A stretch of 64,000 bases of DNA from the human T2T-CHM13v2.0 reference genome, Homo sapiens (GCF_009914755.1 NC_060925.1); one strand, 5' to 3'; shown: positions 17,216 through 30,545, counted from the first letter of the stretch. Made by a program: numbers and translations. Notes: generated by a model from the letters alone, not told the origin.

Positions 17216-17750
17216 AGTGTTCTTCATTCCTTTACAGAGATTCATATTTTCATTCAGTATCATTTTTGGTTTGTCTGAAAGACATCTGTTTACATTTTTT
17301 ATAGTGCTGGTGTATTAATGACAAACTTTTTTCAGATTTTACATGTCTAAGATATCTTCACTTAAATTTTGGTTTTGAAAGATTTTTGCTGGGTATAGAA
17401 TTCTAGGTTGATAGTTTTCTTTTAGTACTTTAAAGATGGTGCTCTATTGTTTTCTACTTGCATTCTTTCTAGCATTCTTTCTAACAAGAAATCTGATGCC
17501 TTTGTTCCTTGTTACATAGCATATATTTTTTCCTATGTTTGCTTTTAAGATTTTCTTTTTATCACTGATTTTGAAATTTTTATGATGTACCTTGCCATAG
17601 GTTTTTTGTGTGTTTTCATGTTTCTTCTGCTTGGGGTTTGCTGGGCTCTTGGATTTGTGAATTCATGTTTTTCATCAAGTTTGAAGATTTTTCAGCCATT
17701 ATTTCTTCAAATATTGCTTCTACTTTCTCTCTGTCTCTCTCATCCTTTGC

Positions 17751-17811
17751 TTTTTATTTTTTAAATTATAAAAGCAGCCTCACAAGCCAGAGTAGGCTCA
17801 GAAAGATTTCC
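17751..17811 (-). mobile_element. 61-nt A-tailed insertion flanked by a perfect 16-bp TSD (mini-retrocopy)
   Basis: ctctctcatcctttgc occurs at 17735-17750 and 17812-17827. The minus-strand insert ends in TTTAAAAAATAAAAA. Confidence 0.8.
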
Positions 17812-18692
17812 CTCTCTCATCCTTTGCAGACTCCAATTATATGTATATTTGCCCTGTAAAGTTGTGTCATAGCTCTTCGAAGCCTCTTTCATTTTTCTTA
17901 AATTCTTTTCTCTCTATGTATTTTATTTGGATAGTGCATATTGCTGTGTCTTCAAGTGTATTAATCTTCCCTTCTGTGATGTCTAGTGTCAATTCTGCCA
18001 TTAATCCTACCTAATGCATTTTTTATCTTGGACAATGCTTTTTCATCTCTAGAAGCTTGATTTGAACAAAAAATTTACCATGTCTCTACTTAAATATTGA
18101 AACATATGGAATATAGTTATAATAACTAATGTCTTTGCCTACTACTTCTAAAAACCTGTAACGGTTGAGTCAGTTTTGGCTGACTGATTTTTCTCCTCAT
18201 CATGTACTGTATTTTCTTCTTTCTTTGCTTAATTGGTCATTTTTATTGAATGTCAGACATTGTGAATAGGACTTTTGGGGTACTGGATATTTTTGTATTC
18301 CTACACGTATTTTTGAGCTTTATTCTGGAACACAGTTAAATTATTTGGAAACAACTTGATCCTTTGAGTCTTACCTTTAAGATTTGTTAAGTGGACCCAG
18401 AGCATTATTTAGTCTAGGGACAATTATTTCCCACTGCCAAGGAAAGACCCTTCTGACTACTCAATCCAATGTCCCGTCAATACAGCTGGCCTGGTGGGAA
18501 CTGAACTTCTTCCCAACCTTGTGCAAGCACCAGTCACTGTTTTTTAATAATCCTTTTGGGTCATTCTTCTCCTAGCTTTGGGCAGTTTCTTCATTCACAA
18601 GGGTTGATTAGTTATCTATTGAAGGCTTGAGGAAGATTCTCTGCAGTATCTTCCTAGTTTTCTCTTTGTGCAGCCCTCTCCTATTTGATACT

Positions 18693-19029
18693 TGCTATGG
18701 TCTGAATATGTCCCTCAAAAGTGCGTGTGTTGAAAACGTAATCCCTCTGCCCTCACGAATGGATTGATGCCAGTATCTTGAAAATGAGTTCGTTATTATT
18801 GGAGTATCTTTATTATAAAAATGAGCTCTCTCTGGCTCTCTTGCCCATTCACCATGTAATGCCCTCTGCCATATTATGATGCATCATGAAGGCCCTAACA
18901 AGATGCCAGCACCATGCTCTTGGGCTTCCCAGCTTTCTGGAGGAACCATGAGCTAAATAAACTCTTTTCTTTTTAAATTATCCAGTCTGTGTGGTATTCT
19001 GTTTTAGTAGCAGAAAACAGGCCAAGACA
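18693..19029 (+). mobile_element. MaLR solo LTR (MST family)
   Basis: TG...CA termini (tgctatggtctgaat...ccaagaca), MST motifs gatgccagcaccatgctcttgg and aaataaac, and a perfect 5-bp TSD atact (18688-18692 / 19030-19034). Confidence 0.9.
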
Positions 19030-19344
19030 ATACTCTCCTCTGTCATATCTAGCTGCCTTCATCAGATCCACACTCTCAGTTCCATTTCCTCAGATTCTGA
19101 CTGAGTTCTCCAACCAGGTTGCAGAAATTCTCTCAAGGCAGTAAACTGGGGTAATCATAGGGCTAACTTCATTTATTTCCTGCATCTTAGGGATCATTGT
19201 CCTTTGTTACTTGATGTCCAGTATCTTGAAAGTATTGTTTTATATATTTTGTTAAGCTTTCTGTTTACTTTTGTTTCCTTTTTTTTTTTTCAGGCAAGAG
19301 GGTAAATCTGGTCTTTGTTATATAACCTTGGACAAATTAATCAC

Positions 19345-19480
19345 AGTGTCTTTTAACACTGGATTTATGCATCTCTCTTTCTACTAGACTCTGAGCTCCT
19401 TAACAGTAAGGTCTGTGCTTTATTCATTTTCACATCTTCACACATGTATGGCACACAATGTAGATGGAATAATAATTAAC
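19345..19480 (+). mobile_element. L2 3' end
   Basis: ctactagactctgagctccttaacagtaagg...tttattcattttc. Confidence 0.6.
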
Positions 19481-22400
19481 AAAGATTAATTCTATATCAT
19501 AGATGTAGGCTACCTTTTTCCATTGCCTCAATTACAATGGGGATGGCAAGAGTGGTCCATTGGATATTTACAGAATCTCAGGATCTTGGCCCTCTCCTCT
19601 GGTTTATCCCTTTATAAAACATGGAATCCTCTAATACATTCCTAACAAGGCAGCAAAAGTTAAAATGGTGTTTAGGTGGAGGAAGAGGATGAGAGATGAA
19701 GTACCATGTCTCCCCTTGGCAATAGAAGGCCTCTCTGACCCATAATTATCTTCCCACACATACCCATTACCAACAGGGGTCTACAGACAGACATCAGGAA
19801 ACATAGGAAAGGGATAAAAGTTGAGAGCAGAAGACAGAATATAGTTTCAAGCAGGAGATATTTCTCAGACTAAAAAAAAAAATACTCTTGGACGTGGCTA
19901 CCAAAAAGATGGACCTAGATTGGCAGGACTGTCTCTCTGCTTTTGCTTTTCCAACAACGCCATATCACATTCAGGCACATGCATTTACATAGACACATCC
20001 TAAACCATACTGCAGCTGAGATTAACACAGACAGATCATCAGATAAGCAATCCTACGGTAATATTGCAGACAACCACGAGAGATTCTGAGTAATTTAGGA
20101 TGTCAACAATTGTTACAGGTATTGCTTATCAGAGTAGGGTATGTGAGAAGAAACTTAATAACAGCTAAACATGTAGGAGGTTTTATACCAACAATCTCAG
20201 TTTTTATGCAAACAATTTCAATCCTCCCCATTCTTGGATGTTAGCTGGTATAGGACCATGCTCCCCCATTTTATGTAAGGGAACTAAAATCCACAATGAT
20301 TAGATGTCAAGTATGAGTTGGTTTTCCTAGTCCTTAATTCTAAGACCTTGACCTGAACCATTCTAAACCATAGGTAAGTGATGAAGCTGGTGTCATCAAT
20401 GTACGGGATCTTTAAAAAAAAAAATGTTACTGACAAACCCCTACCATCAAAAATATAAACCCTAGAAAAAACCTGAGAAGTGACCAGGCTGTAGACAGTA
20501 GCCCTAAAACCATCTAAGCAGTTCAGGGCAAAGTTGTGATAGACGTAACATCAAAGAATGCCTTTAAAAAGGAGACTGAAGGGTTTTCTTCCTTTGTTTT
20601 TTCTGTATCTACATTAGATAGACTGGCTGAGGAGAATAATATGAACAGTAAGCAGACAGAATAAGTACAGAGTCCTGGCTGGACCCTAGACCCTCAGCTA
20701 AATCCCTGAAGAAGTGAGTATATTTTACATATACACCAATAATATCGACTAAAAGTGGAGGCTCTTTCCAGAACATTCTGGGTTTCTGGTGTCTAGCAAC
20801 TCAGCGGAAAGTTTAGCTTTTCTTTAGAATTCATGTCAATCTGATACACAAAGAAAGAAGAAAAGGTTGAAGAAAGAAAAGAGAGGGAGGAGCAAAGAAC
20901 AAGGAACAAGTGAAGAAAATAAAAGTAAGAAAAAAAAACAGACTTTTCCTTCCTATTACCCCATGGAGGAGGTTGTGTATGGCTGTACAGTTACAAAATG
21001 CCATCTTTTTCTGTCTTCCAGCAAACAGCTTTAGAATAGGAACCTCCTGATAGCACATCCCTACAGCATTTCTAAACAAGTGTATTTTGGTCTTGGCAGA
21101 CATATCCTTGCCTGTGACTGGCTTCATACCTCTAAATGGGATGGTCTTCTGGAAGGAGCACTCCATGGCCCAGGGGGCTTTGCTCCACTCACAATGGGAT
21201 CAGTAGTGAGCTCTCACTAAGCCCATACTATGTGCACTAACTCCTCGATAACTCAAAGGGCAACATAACCACAGTGATCTGGATGTAATGGATGGTAAGA
21301 AGCTGGTCTTCAAGTTAGTGAGGGACCATTATGAAAAGAAGGTTGGCCACTTGTGCTTCCTTCACCAGAAAAGAGAAGTAGAAATCCTCTTATCTAAGAG
21401 CAGAAGATGGAGCTCAATGGACTGAACATAAAACTAAGTAGGCGAGGGAGATAATGGAGTGTCTGGCTTAAAAATCTTTAAAACCAAGAAAAATAAGTAC
21501 CTACTCTGACTGGGTTGGTTACAAACCAACGGGAGCTTACATAGGATCTACTTTAGAGACTGCCTTCACCTCAAACATCTGCATGGGTAGGGAAAGAAAT
21601 TAAGTGTGTTCTCCTAGACACAGTGATGAGGACACCCCTGCCCTCTGTTCCACAGCAGCTCCAACAGGCTCCCCTGGATATGAAATCAGACAAGAGCCCT
21701 ACTGTGATTTTTAAATAAGACAGGATAATTTACTGAGATCTTAATTTGGATTTGTATTGCTCTTGCTATGGTTTTCTCTCCCCTGCTCCAAGAAGGTACC
21801 AGGCCTTGCATGCTCACCTGCCTTTGGGGAATGTAGGGAGAGGGATAGTAGCACTAGAAGAGTGAAAAGCAAAACCAACCTTCGGACAGCTTCTTTTGCA
21901 TTGTCTCCTGCCATCTGGGGCACTTTTAAAGGGTATGGTACAGAGGAAGCTGAGAGGCAGAAGCAGGAAGAGAGCGAGCTGATGCTCCAAGATGGGAAGG
22001 AGACACAAGTCTATGGGCTCTAAGAGTGGGCTAGGAAGACTGTTGAGATGGCAAGACCCCTGGAGGGGTAAGTGGCAGTGGTTGTGTAGTGGCTGGCCAG
22101 GACCACCTTTCAGCTGCCTCCTCCAGGAACATCTGGCTTAGTCTAATGCCTTTCTAAACAATTCTAAGGCACTACATTCTTTTCTCTTTCCCTGTGGATT
22201 GCATTATATTGAAAAATACTCAAAATATGTCTACCATTAACAAAGACTTGGAAACCTTCTTTGTTAAACAGTAGTGTTTGTGGCAGGTATCTCTGTCGTT
22301 TGTGGAGCTGACCTGCCTGCTGATTGTCACTTGTTTATAATAATACTTTTTAAGTATGACTATATTGCCTTATACAAATGGAATACATCATCCCACCACA

Positions 22401-22694
22401 CTGGGGATCTGTCAAGGGCAAAAAAATATGCCATTTAATTATTCTACTCGAAACAATAAATATTTATAAACCTCAGCCCCACAGAAGGTACAGAAACATT
22501 AACAGGCATGGTTTTGCCCTCTGGTGGCTTACAGTCTTGAGAAACAAGGCACAGAAGATAAGAAACATACAACCTGCAAGTGAGTGGTAAATGTGTATAA
22601 TATTGGCTTTAGACACCTCAGGGATTCAGAAGTATGGGGCTTACTGACAGTCCAGAGAGTGAACTGGCTGGGACTGCCTAGGAAAGGAGCAGAA

Positions 22695-22900
22695 CTCACT
22701 GCTGAGCACCCACTGTGAGCCAGGCCTGTGTCAGGCATGTGGCATCATAATCTCACTTAGAACCGCAAGACCCCTTGGAGGGGGCAGGCGTGGCGGCGGG
22801 GGGGGGGTCCTGTCAACCACCTTTTACAGATACACCTCACAGTAAATGATTCCAGAATTTGTAGCCAGGTCTAAGCGACTCCAAAATGCTCTTTCTCCTG
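22695..22900 (-). mobile_element. MIR with an internal G-rich run
   Basis: ctgagcacccactgtgagccaggc...ttttacagat...ccaggtct...actccaaa. Confidence 0.55.
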
Positions 22901-23194
22901 TATCAAATTGCCACACCCAAGAGAAGCCTGGCTTGACATTCAGGTGTGGGGTAATGAGGGCCTGGACTCAGGTAAAGACAGAACAAATAGAGAAGCTAAG
23001 CTGAAGAGAGCTGTCTACCTGATTGGGTGTTGGGGAAGAAGCAAAGAGTGAATTAAGGAAGCTCAGACTCAGATTCTAACAGTGCCTTCCAGGGTTGGGC
23101 TCACAATGGTTTTTAATCAGTCTCATTAGTCACTTGTTCAGGTTAACCCTAAATATCCGACTATGACCCTATTTTATAGAACCCAGTGTCTAGA

Positions 23195-23729
23195 AAGCAA
23201 TTCCCAAAGTGTGACCAGGAACTCTAGAGATTCCCTGAGACCCTTTCAGGGGTCCTTACATTCAAAATTATTTCCCTAATAAAACTAAGACATTACTGTC
23301 CTTTTTGACTCTCATTCTCTCACAAATGTACAGTGAGTTGAGTTTCCAGAAACCACATAGTATGTAATATTGCAATGGGCTGAATACAGATGTAGATATG
23401 AGATTCCAGCTTCATTCATTAAGGTAGGGTCAAAAAGATTTTCAAAGTCTAAAAGAACAGCACTCTTGACACAAAATTATTTCTAAAAATATGCCGATAG
23501 TCAACATGCAATAACTTTATTACTCTTATTCTTAAATGAATAGATTTTTAAATTTCAGTTTTAACTTCTAAAACAATATGTATTGAGATATATATCTCAC
23601 TTATGAGATATATATATATATATTTTTATCATTATCTCATACAAACAAAAGCTCTTTGGGATTTGGGGATTTCTGATAATGTTTTAAGATTATAAGGGAG
23701 TCTTGAGACCAAAAAAATGAGAACCACTG
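23195..23729 (+). mobile_element. hAT-Charlie non-autonomous DNA transposon (Charlie1/MER119-like)
   Basis: Decayed left TIR, then cccaaagtgtg...gagaccctttcaggggtcc. Right TIR tgagaaccactg; left flank gtctaga is typical of Charlie targets. Confidence 0.75.
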
Positions 23730-23769
23730 ATATAAAAGAACAATGGCAAAGACAAGCTCTCAAAATGTA

Positions 23770-24005
23770 TTTGTGTTTAACTTCCACTAACTGGTGGGCC
23801 AGGCATTCTACTAGGTGGTTTATATTTGTGACTTCATGTGATCTTCTTAACACTTTAAGGCAAAAACATATTCCATTTTGCAGATGAGGAGAATGAGCCT
23901 CAGAGAGTTGAACATCTTGCCCAAGGTCTCACAGCCATTAGCTAAGCAGAACAGAATTCAAGCCTATGTCTGTCAAATGCTAAGGCCCAGGCTGTTAATC
24001 ATTAT
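23770..24005 (-). mobile_element. MIR
   Basis: ccattttgcagatgaggagaatgagcctcagagagttgaacatcttgcccaaggtctcacagc. Confidence 0.8.
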
Positions 24006-25129
24006 CTAGTTCTCCAAAAGTCAATACCACAAAGGTACATATTAAAGTCAGATTTCTAAAAAACTAAATCCATGATAATAGATAATAGAAAAGACCCATC
24101 GTGAGGGAAGAAATTTTAGGATAAAGGGGTAGTAAATGAGTATAATTCGTTAGTCCTAAATGCTTCTTGCCTCCTAGGCACTATACTGTGCCCTAAGAAC
24201 AAGTGGTAAACAAGGTAAACTCAATTCTTCCACTTAAGGAGCTTAAGAAGAGAGAGATAGTGAAAAGGCAGAGAGAGATTTAAACAAATACACAAATACA
24301 AAGCAGTTCAAAAACACAGCAATGCCTGGAAGGAAAGTAGTCTTGCTCAGAGCCATCCCCATTCACGTACCAAGGGAGCTGGGAAGGGCAACAGAGTATC
24401 TGGCACAAATCATCCCCGGTGCTCCTATCAGAACTTGAGCTGGGGCTGTTCAGACAGTTCATCTGAGCAGAAAGGCATTTACAAGTTCTTTTTGTTGGTT
24501 TCTTTATTTTTCAGCTACATACATCTTTGAACTTTTGAATCTAGATAAGCCAAGATTACTGTTTCATTTGAAAGGACAAATATGTTTTGTGAGGCATGGT
24601 GGGCTAGGGAAGGCTGTGGGAGGTGTGAAGCACTTGGGTATGTTGAGCTTGTTTAGAGACTTTCTGGAACAGAACTCTGGGCATAGGCAGGGAAAATAAC
24701 TAGACCAGTGGTAGTGCAGATGCAGATTCAGTGCAATTAGCCACCTTACTAATTCTGGTGCATAAACAGTGGGCCAAGGTCACGATGGAACAAGAAGAGC
24801 CTCTGCACTGCTCACACAGCCCATCTCTTCTGCAGAGTGGCAGAAGAGCCACAATAATCTTTGTACACAATGGTTACAGGAATAATAGGGTTCTCCTCAC
24901 TGACAGGCTTTTTTCTTTAAATCCAGATAGTGCTTTGTTCTCCATTCTTCCCATCCTCCTTCTCCTCAACCTAGCCAGACAAAAAGAAGCCCAACTTTAG
25001 TACCGTGTTATAGTCACACACAGCTCACATTACCCTAGCAAAAATAAAACACAGACACCCCTCCCTCCAAGACCTTTGGTAGAAAAGCTGCATCTAATAG
25101 TACATATTCAATTAACATCTGGACCTAAC

Positions 25130-25535
25130 AGATGCTACATGCCAACGGCTTCTAGATCTATATCTCTGACCAATCCTCTCTCTTTAGCCCCAGCCCCATA
25201 AGCCAACTCTCTACTTACATCTCTTGGATAGCTCAAACTCAACATATTTAAACTCAAACTCATGATCTACCCCTAAATGGCACCTCTACCCCCACTTCCA
25301 CACCTAGTACACCTCCATGAACCCAGGTCTATGTAAGATACTAGTCTCACAAATGCTCTGCCCCCAACCCTACCACAGCCAATTCATCACCTGGTCTTGT
25401 TGGTCCCACCTCCAAAATCCATCCTGGATTTTCCTCTTTCCGTCTGCACTGCCACCACCATCATCAGAGCTCACCTCAGTTCTCACCTGGGCAACTACAA
25501 CATCCTCCTCACAGGACTCTGCCTCCAAGTGACTC
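25130..25535 (+). mobile_element. L2 fragment
   Basis: ctcaaactcaacatatttaaactcaaactcatgatct...ctcacctgggcaactacaacatcctcctcacagg. Confidence 0.65.
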
Positions 25536-26849
25536 TCCACATGGCAGTGGGTGGTCAGGTTGGATGGGGATGTGTGGGATGGTGTGGGCAGAGCGGAACA
25601 CATGAAGTGGAGAGTCAAAATCAGGAGGCTCTGCACTGTTCCCATGAGGAGTGATGCAGACCAAGATTGGGGGTGTAATAATGGGAACCTGAAGAAGTGA
25701 AAGACACCAAGGGTCTTGTGGATGCTGACTTTTCAGGCAGAAAATGATGCAGAAAAAAAGGGAAAAGGTCCAGGGGCTGGAGATGGGGCATGGGGCCTTG
25801 GAGCTGGGAAGTCAGTGCCACTACTAAGAAAGTTAAGAAAGTTAGGAGGAAGAGCTGCTTTAGCAGTTCAAGGCAAGCCTGTTGATCTTGAGAAAGAGAA
25901 GAATAGTTTCACACAGTGTCTTATATTCCATTTATCTGTTTTATGTAACAGGATCTAATAATCACTTGGATACTGAGCTTCTTGGGGTAGGGACAGTATC
26001 TCCTATAGCTTGGAATCCTTGACCTCTGAAAACCACACCTCACTTTCAAAATACCTTTTCCTGGCTCTTCTGCACAGCTTCATTCCTTAAATACCACATC
26101 TCACAGGCAGTGCTAAAAGCTGGCCTCACTAAGGATGCTGGGCTACATGTGGGCAGCTCAGAAGAGTGGAGGGGCCCCAGGAAGACCAGGATGAACAGAC
26201 TCCAAGGAAACATCAAATGCCAGTAAGTCAACCAATGAGGGGAGGGAAGAGGAGAGGGCACCCGCCCCTACCCGCAACCTTCCCGCCAGGAGCAGGTGGT
26301 TCCCAACTCTGCAGAGCAGACAAAACCAACATGTGCCAATAGCTGAGGAGTGATTCTCAGGATCTGACCAATTGTTCCTTTAGTAAAATAATTCCATCAA
26401 GACACAGCATTTTTTCAGTTTTAGCCCAGAGGGTCTCAAGCAATGGACACTGCAGGAAAAAGAGAACAAATTAAGATGCTGCTCTGCTGCTGACCATGGT
26501 CTCTATTTGCATGAGCAGATGTGGCCAAAAACACCATCTGGTGACCCCTGGGTCCTCACACCTCTGTGCACATGGTGGTGGGAGGAAGCTGGCTCTGTTT
26601 TGAGGCTAAAAGGGAAGTCTTGGCTTCAGGAGATGTGCCCATTCATCATTGCTGCCGGGCAGCCCGTCTGTTTCCCACTGTTGCTGCCCAGCCACCCACA
26701 GACCCGCCATATGGCTGAAAGTGGTGGTTTCAGGCACTGCTAAAATGCCATTATCTACCTGCCCTGCTGAGAAGGAAGCCCGTGGTGAAGTGGGCCCTCC
26801 ATAGTAAAGCGGCACACTCTGTCCCCAGTCAGTGACACTGCCAAGAGCT

Positions 26850-27480
26850 ATCCATCTACTTTCTTAAGATTTCTGGAATCCCTCCAGTTCTCTCCATTCC
26901 CACTACCACTGCCTTTGCTCAGACAATCATTGTTTCTCCACTAAAATAATACAAAAACTTCCTGTCATGTCTGCGTTTCATCTTGCTCCTCTTCTATCCA
27001 ATCTCTAAAATAATATTCCTTGCTTAAAGTCCTGGATACCTCCTCCTGCCTTCAGGAGAAAGTATAAGCTTTTTGGCACATAGATCCCTTCAAAAGTAGC
27101 CCCTACTTTCTGCTTTTGCTTTGATTGTAGCTAGTTGCTCTCTTCCCCTACATTTCAGCTATGTGAATGCATTTCATTCTCCTCAAATGCACTGGGTTCT
27201 CTGGTCTGCCTCCATGCCCTGCCATCTCTCTTTTTTTTCATCTGGCTAACTTAGGTCACAGTAAATGTCCATTGTTCCTTGACTCCAAAGACTAGTTTAG
27301 GCCACTTCTACCCACTTCTTCCTTTGGAAGTCCATACTTAACTACAACCACAGAATTTCTCATGCCGTATCAAATTATATATGTACTTGTCTGTCCCCTC
27401 TTAGACTGCTGCCTCTGGAAGTTTTGTTTTATTTATCTCAGCATCTATCAGCCCTAAATTTTTTTAAATGAATGGATAAA
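26850..27480 (+). mobile_element. L2 3' portion
   Basis: ttctctccattcccactaccactgcc...tgtctgtcccctcttagactg...aatgaatggat. Confidence 0.65.
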
Positions 27481-28849
27481 ATATACTTGTCAAAGACAGG
27501 CAGTAAATTAGCAACCTCTCTGGCAGGACTTGGGAAGGGCTCATGGCCTCTTAATGTCATTAAAAGTATTCCTACCACTCACTCTAAGCATGGATGGTGA
27601 ATATAGTATGTATTTCATTATATCAACAAATAGCAAAATTTTTTTCATGGATATACAGGCTCAGGGTAAAAAATCGTCTATTTGCTGCCAAGAAATACCT
27701 ATGATGTACCTGGTATAAAGCAGGCATTCATAATAAACAGAAAAAATGAAATATCATCATCAAAAGATTAAGATCCTGTTCACTTTCCCATTGGAATAAG
27801 GGTTGACACCTCAAGTCACCTCTCAATGTTTTCTCCACTAAAGACCTCTCTGGAAAGTCCTGGACCAATACTGCAGAGCAGATCTCAAATTTACTACCAA
27901 CTCTCTGCCTCTCAGGAAGGGAGAGATGAAGGTTACTTTACCTATCATCAGGTGGTAAAACAGAGGCATAGAAAAGCAAAATTGCTCCTTGGGGACACAA
28001 ACAGAATTGGCCCCACTCCAGATGCTCATTCTCTGCTTTCCCATTCTCGCCCCTAAGAGAGAGAATAGCCAAGCCAAGGACACCTAATCTTGGAGAACAG
28101 TGAGCTGCAGTGGGCATAGAAAGGGCTATTGTATCTTAGTAGTTCTCCTGTTCTGCAATCTCTTCATGTACCTGACCAGAAAACATACTTATAAGCCTCT
28201 AAGGAACGGTGGAATGTCAGCAGGCAGTGCAATATAATGCCAAGTACTTTTCTCACTAATAAGCACAATTAAGGTCATTAAGTTATGAGTGTGAGAACAT
28301 TCAACTGGAGGATATTTAAATGATGACATAACTGCTTTGCAAAAAGCCTGATTAAAAGAAGAAAGCAGCAGCTGAGTGAATCTGCAAAGTGGTGAGCATA
28401 TCAGAAGCCTCCACACCATGTAGAAGAACATCCTTCTTGGGCTCTGTCCCCACTGACCCCAAGAGCCTTCCCCCATGCTTCCCCACCCCCACCACTCCAG
28501 GGCCTCATCTCTGGTGGACTAGCAGTTGGAGAGGAGAGTTAATATACTCAGTGGAAGGTGCGAAGAAATTCTTTTTGAGGTAGTATTATTTAATTTATTC
28601 CAAAGGCCAGTGGTACAAATAAATGAATAAAGCCTGTCATTTCATAATGAAAGGGGCAGGCTCTGGAGCCCAGGCTGCACGGAGACTGGCCACCTTCTTG
28701 CACTTCATGGCTCTCTGAACCAATTTTGGAAGCGGGACTGGGGTTAGACAACTTCTAGACAATGTTCACTAGGCAACACCCACATCTCTGTCTAGGGTAG
28801 GAATAGAAAGGAAGAGGAAGAGGAATGGAGTAATAATAAAAGCAATAAC

Positions 28850-29000
28850 TCCAGCAGTTATTTATTCAGCACTTGCTATCTGCCAGGCACCATGCCAGGA
28901 ATTCCACAGACATTATATCTAAGCCTGTCAATCACTCTGCCAATGAAATAGAGCCATTACCTCCTCCATTTTACAGATGAGGAAACTGAAGTTCAGAAAA
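28850..29000 (-). mobile_element. MIR
   Basis: atttattcagcacttgctatctgccaggcac...ccattttacagatgaggaaactgaagttcaga. Confidence 0.8.
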
Positions 29001-29289
29001 GAACACCTAGCTTTGGGAACTTTTCAAAGCCACATAGAGAGTGAGTAACTAAGGGGATGTGAGGGGGAGAACAAGAGACCACCTCCACCACCTATGTTCA
29101 TCAGAAGGTTTACCATCTTGACCTCCCTCATGACTCCCCACACCATCAGCTCCTTAAGGAGGCAGAAGCAGAGGCAAAGTAGCAGCACGAGAGGAAGAAG
29201 AGCCATCCCTGAAAGGTGACTGTAGGGATCTGGACATAGGACAGGTCTTCGATACACACAAAGTTGGTATCTGCAGTTACGATTTATGA

Positions 29290-29480
29290 ATCTCCCAGTT
29301 CCTCCACTTCCTAGCTGATTTTAGGCAAATGACTTATCACCTTTCTGTGCCTGTTTTCTTACCTGTAAAATGCGAATAATAGTCCCATCTCACAGGGTTA
29401 TCAGGATTAAATTAGTCAATATGAGTTAAGAGTAGCCCATAGTAAGTGTCTAATAAATTTTAGCTCTTACTATCATCAAC
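29290..29480 (+). mobile_element. MIR
   Basis: ccacttcctagctg...ggcaaatgactt...tctgtgcctgttttcttacctgtaaaatg...aggattaaat...agtaagtg. Confidence 0.75.
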
Positions 29481-30466
29481 ATTGTCATTATCCTGACTGC
29501 TCCAAATATAAGATCAAGGCATCCTGGTACTGTCAAGTACCAGGAACTTGGGGTTAAATCTCCTCCCTTAGTCTGATCAGGATCCAAATGGTCAATATAG
29601 ACACCTTCCCAAGTCAAGCATTGGTTCCAGAGAGTGAGTCTGTCACCCTTCAGCTCCTGACATGTAGCCCTGAGTCCAGTGAACTGAGACTATTGCCAAC
29701 AATAAATTGCTCACATTGACAGCTTAGAGCAAAAGAGTTCTTTGTGAGCATCGTGTCTTTCATCTCAGGGGAAAAAAAAAATCGTAAAACTGGCCTACCC
29801 TCTCGGTGTTCCCAGTGGGGTTCACAAAAGGGCAGCCGTAGGGTGCTGAGGGAGCACTTCAGAAGATTGAAATGTAAGCTCTGTTTCTTCCTGTCAGTAA
29901 CTGTGTCATGTCTGGAAAATTGATCCACTTTTCTGTGCCTCACTTCTTCAACTGTGTTACTATGATGATGAAGTGGCATAATGTATGTAAAACACTGTTT
30001 GCTCAAAGCAGTATAACAATATAGAGAACTAGAATTATTATTTTCATTCTTCCTAAATCAAATCCACTTAGTCCAGCGTAAAGCCCTTACTCCTCTCAAA
30101 CCAAACCTCACCTACATACTCCCACTTCCTCTTCTGGCTTGGTTTCAGGATCTCAAGGGAGCAGCTGATGGAGGGGACAAGGGGCGTGGCACATGCCATC
30201 AGGTCTGAACTCCCAGAAGTAAAAGTCATGGGCTCTATTTTCAGCAGGGCTGGCTGTAGAAAGGTCAGCATGTGACCTCATGTGAGTCTTCTCCCTGCCT
30301 CAAGCCTCGTGCTCGGCTTATAAGCCTGGGGATAAGAAACAGCCAGGTCTCTAGGGCCCAGATGACTGTGAAAAGCGGGTCAGTAATTTCACATGGAGCA
30401 AGCAGCAGCCATGTCTGGCTGCCAGGGAATGGTGGCAGACACAGTGCCGGGGAGGGGATGGCAAGA

Positions 30467-30545
30467 TGCTGCTGGGGCAGATATCACAGTTCAACACCAC
30501 ATGACTGCTGCTGGGGCAGATATCACAGTTCAACACCACATGACT
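30467..30545. repeat. Perfect 2 x 39-bp tandem duplication
   Basis: tgctgctggggcagatatcacagttcaacaccacatgac at 30467-30505 and 30506-30544. Confidence 0.95.

Larger units (their letters stand above)
17220..19335 (-). mobile_element. Old L1M (L1ME/MD-type) 5' end and ORF1 remnant
   Basis: Antisense ORF1 motifs (gctgggtatagaattctagg; ttttcagccattatttcttcaaat) and an L1ME-like 5' terminus caggcaagagggtaaatctggtc. Confidence 0.7.

Noticed and set aside
19500-22690. Repeat-poor stretch as a possible enhancer or hidden exon (also 31300-33600)
   Set aside because: No recognisable ORF, splice pair or motif cluster; needs conservation or chromatin data that I do not have.
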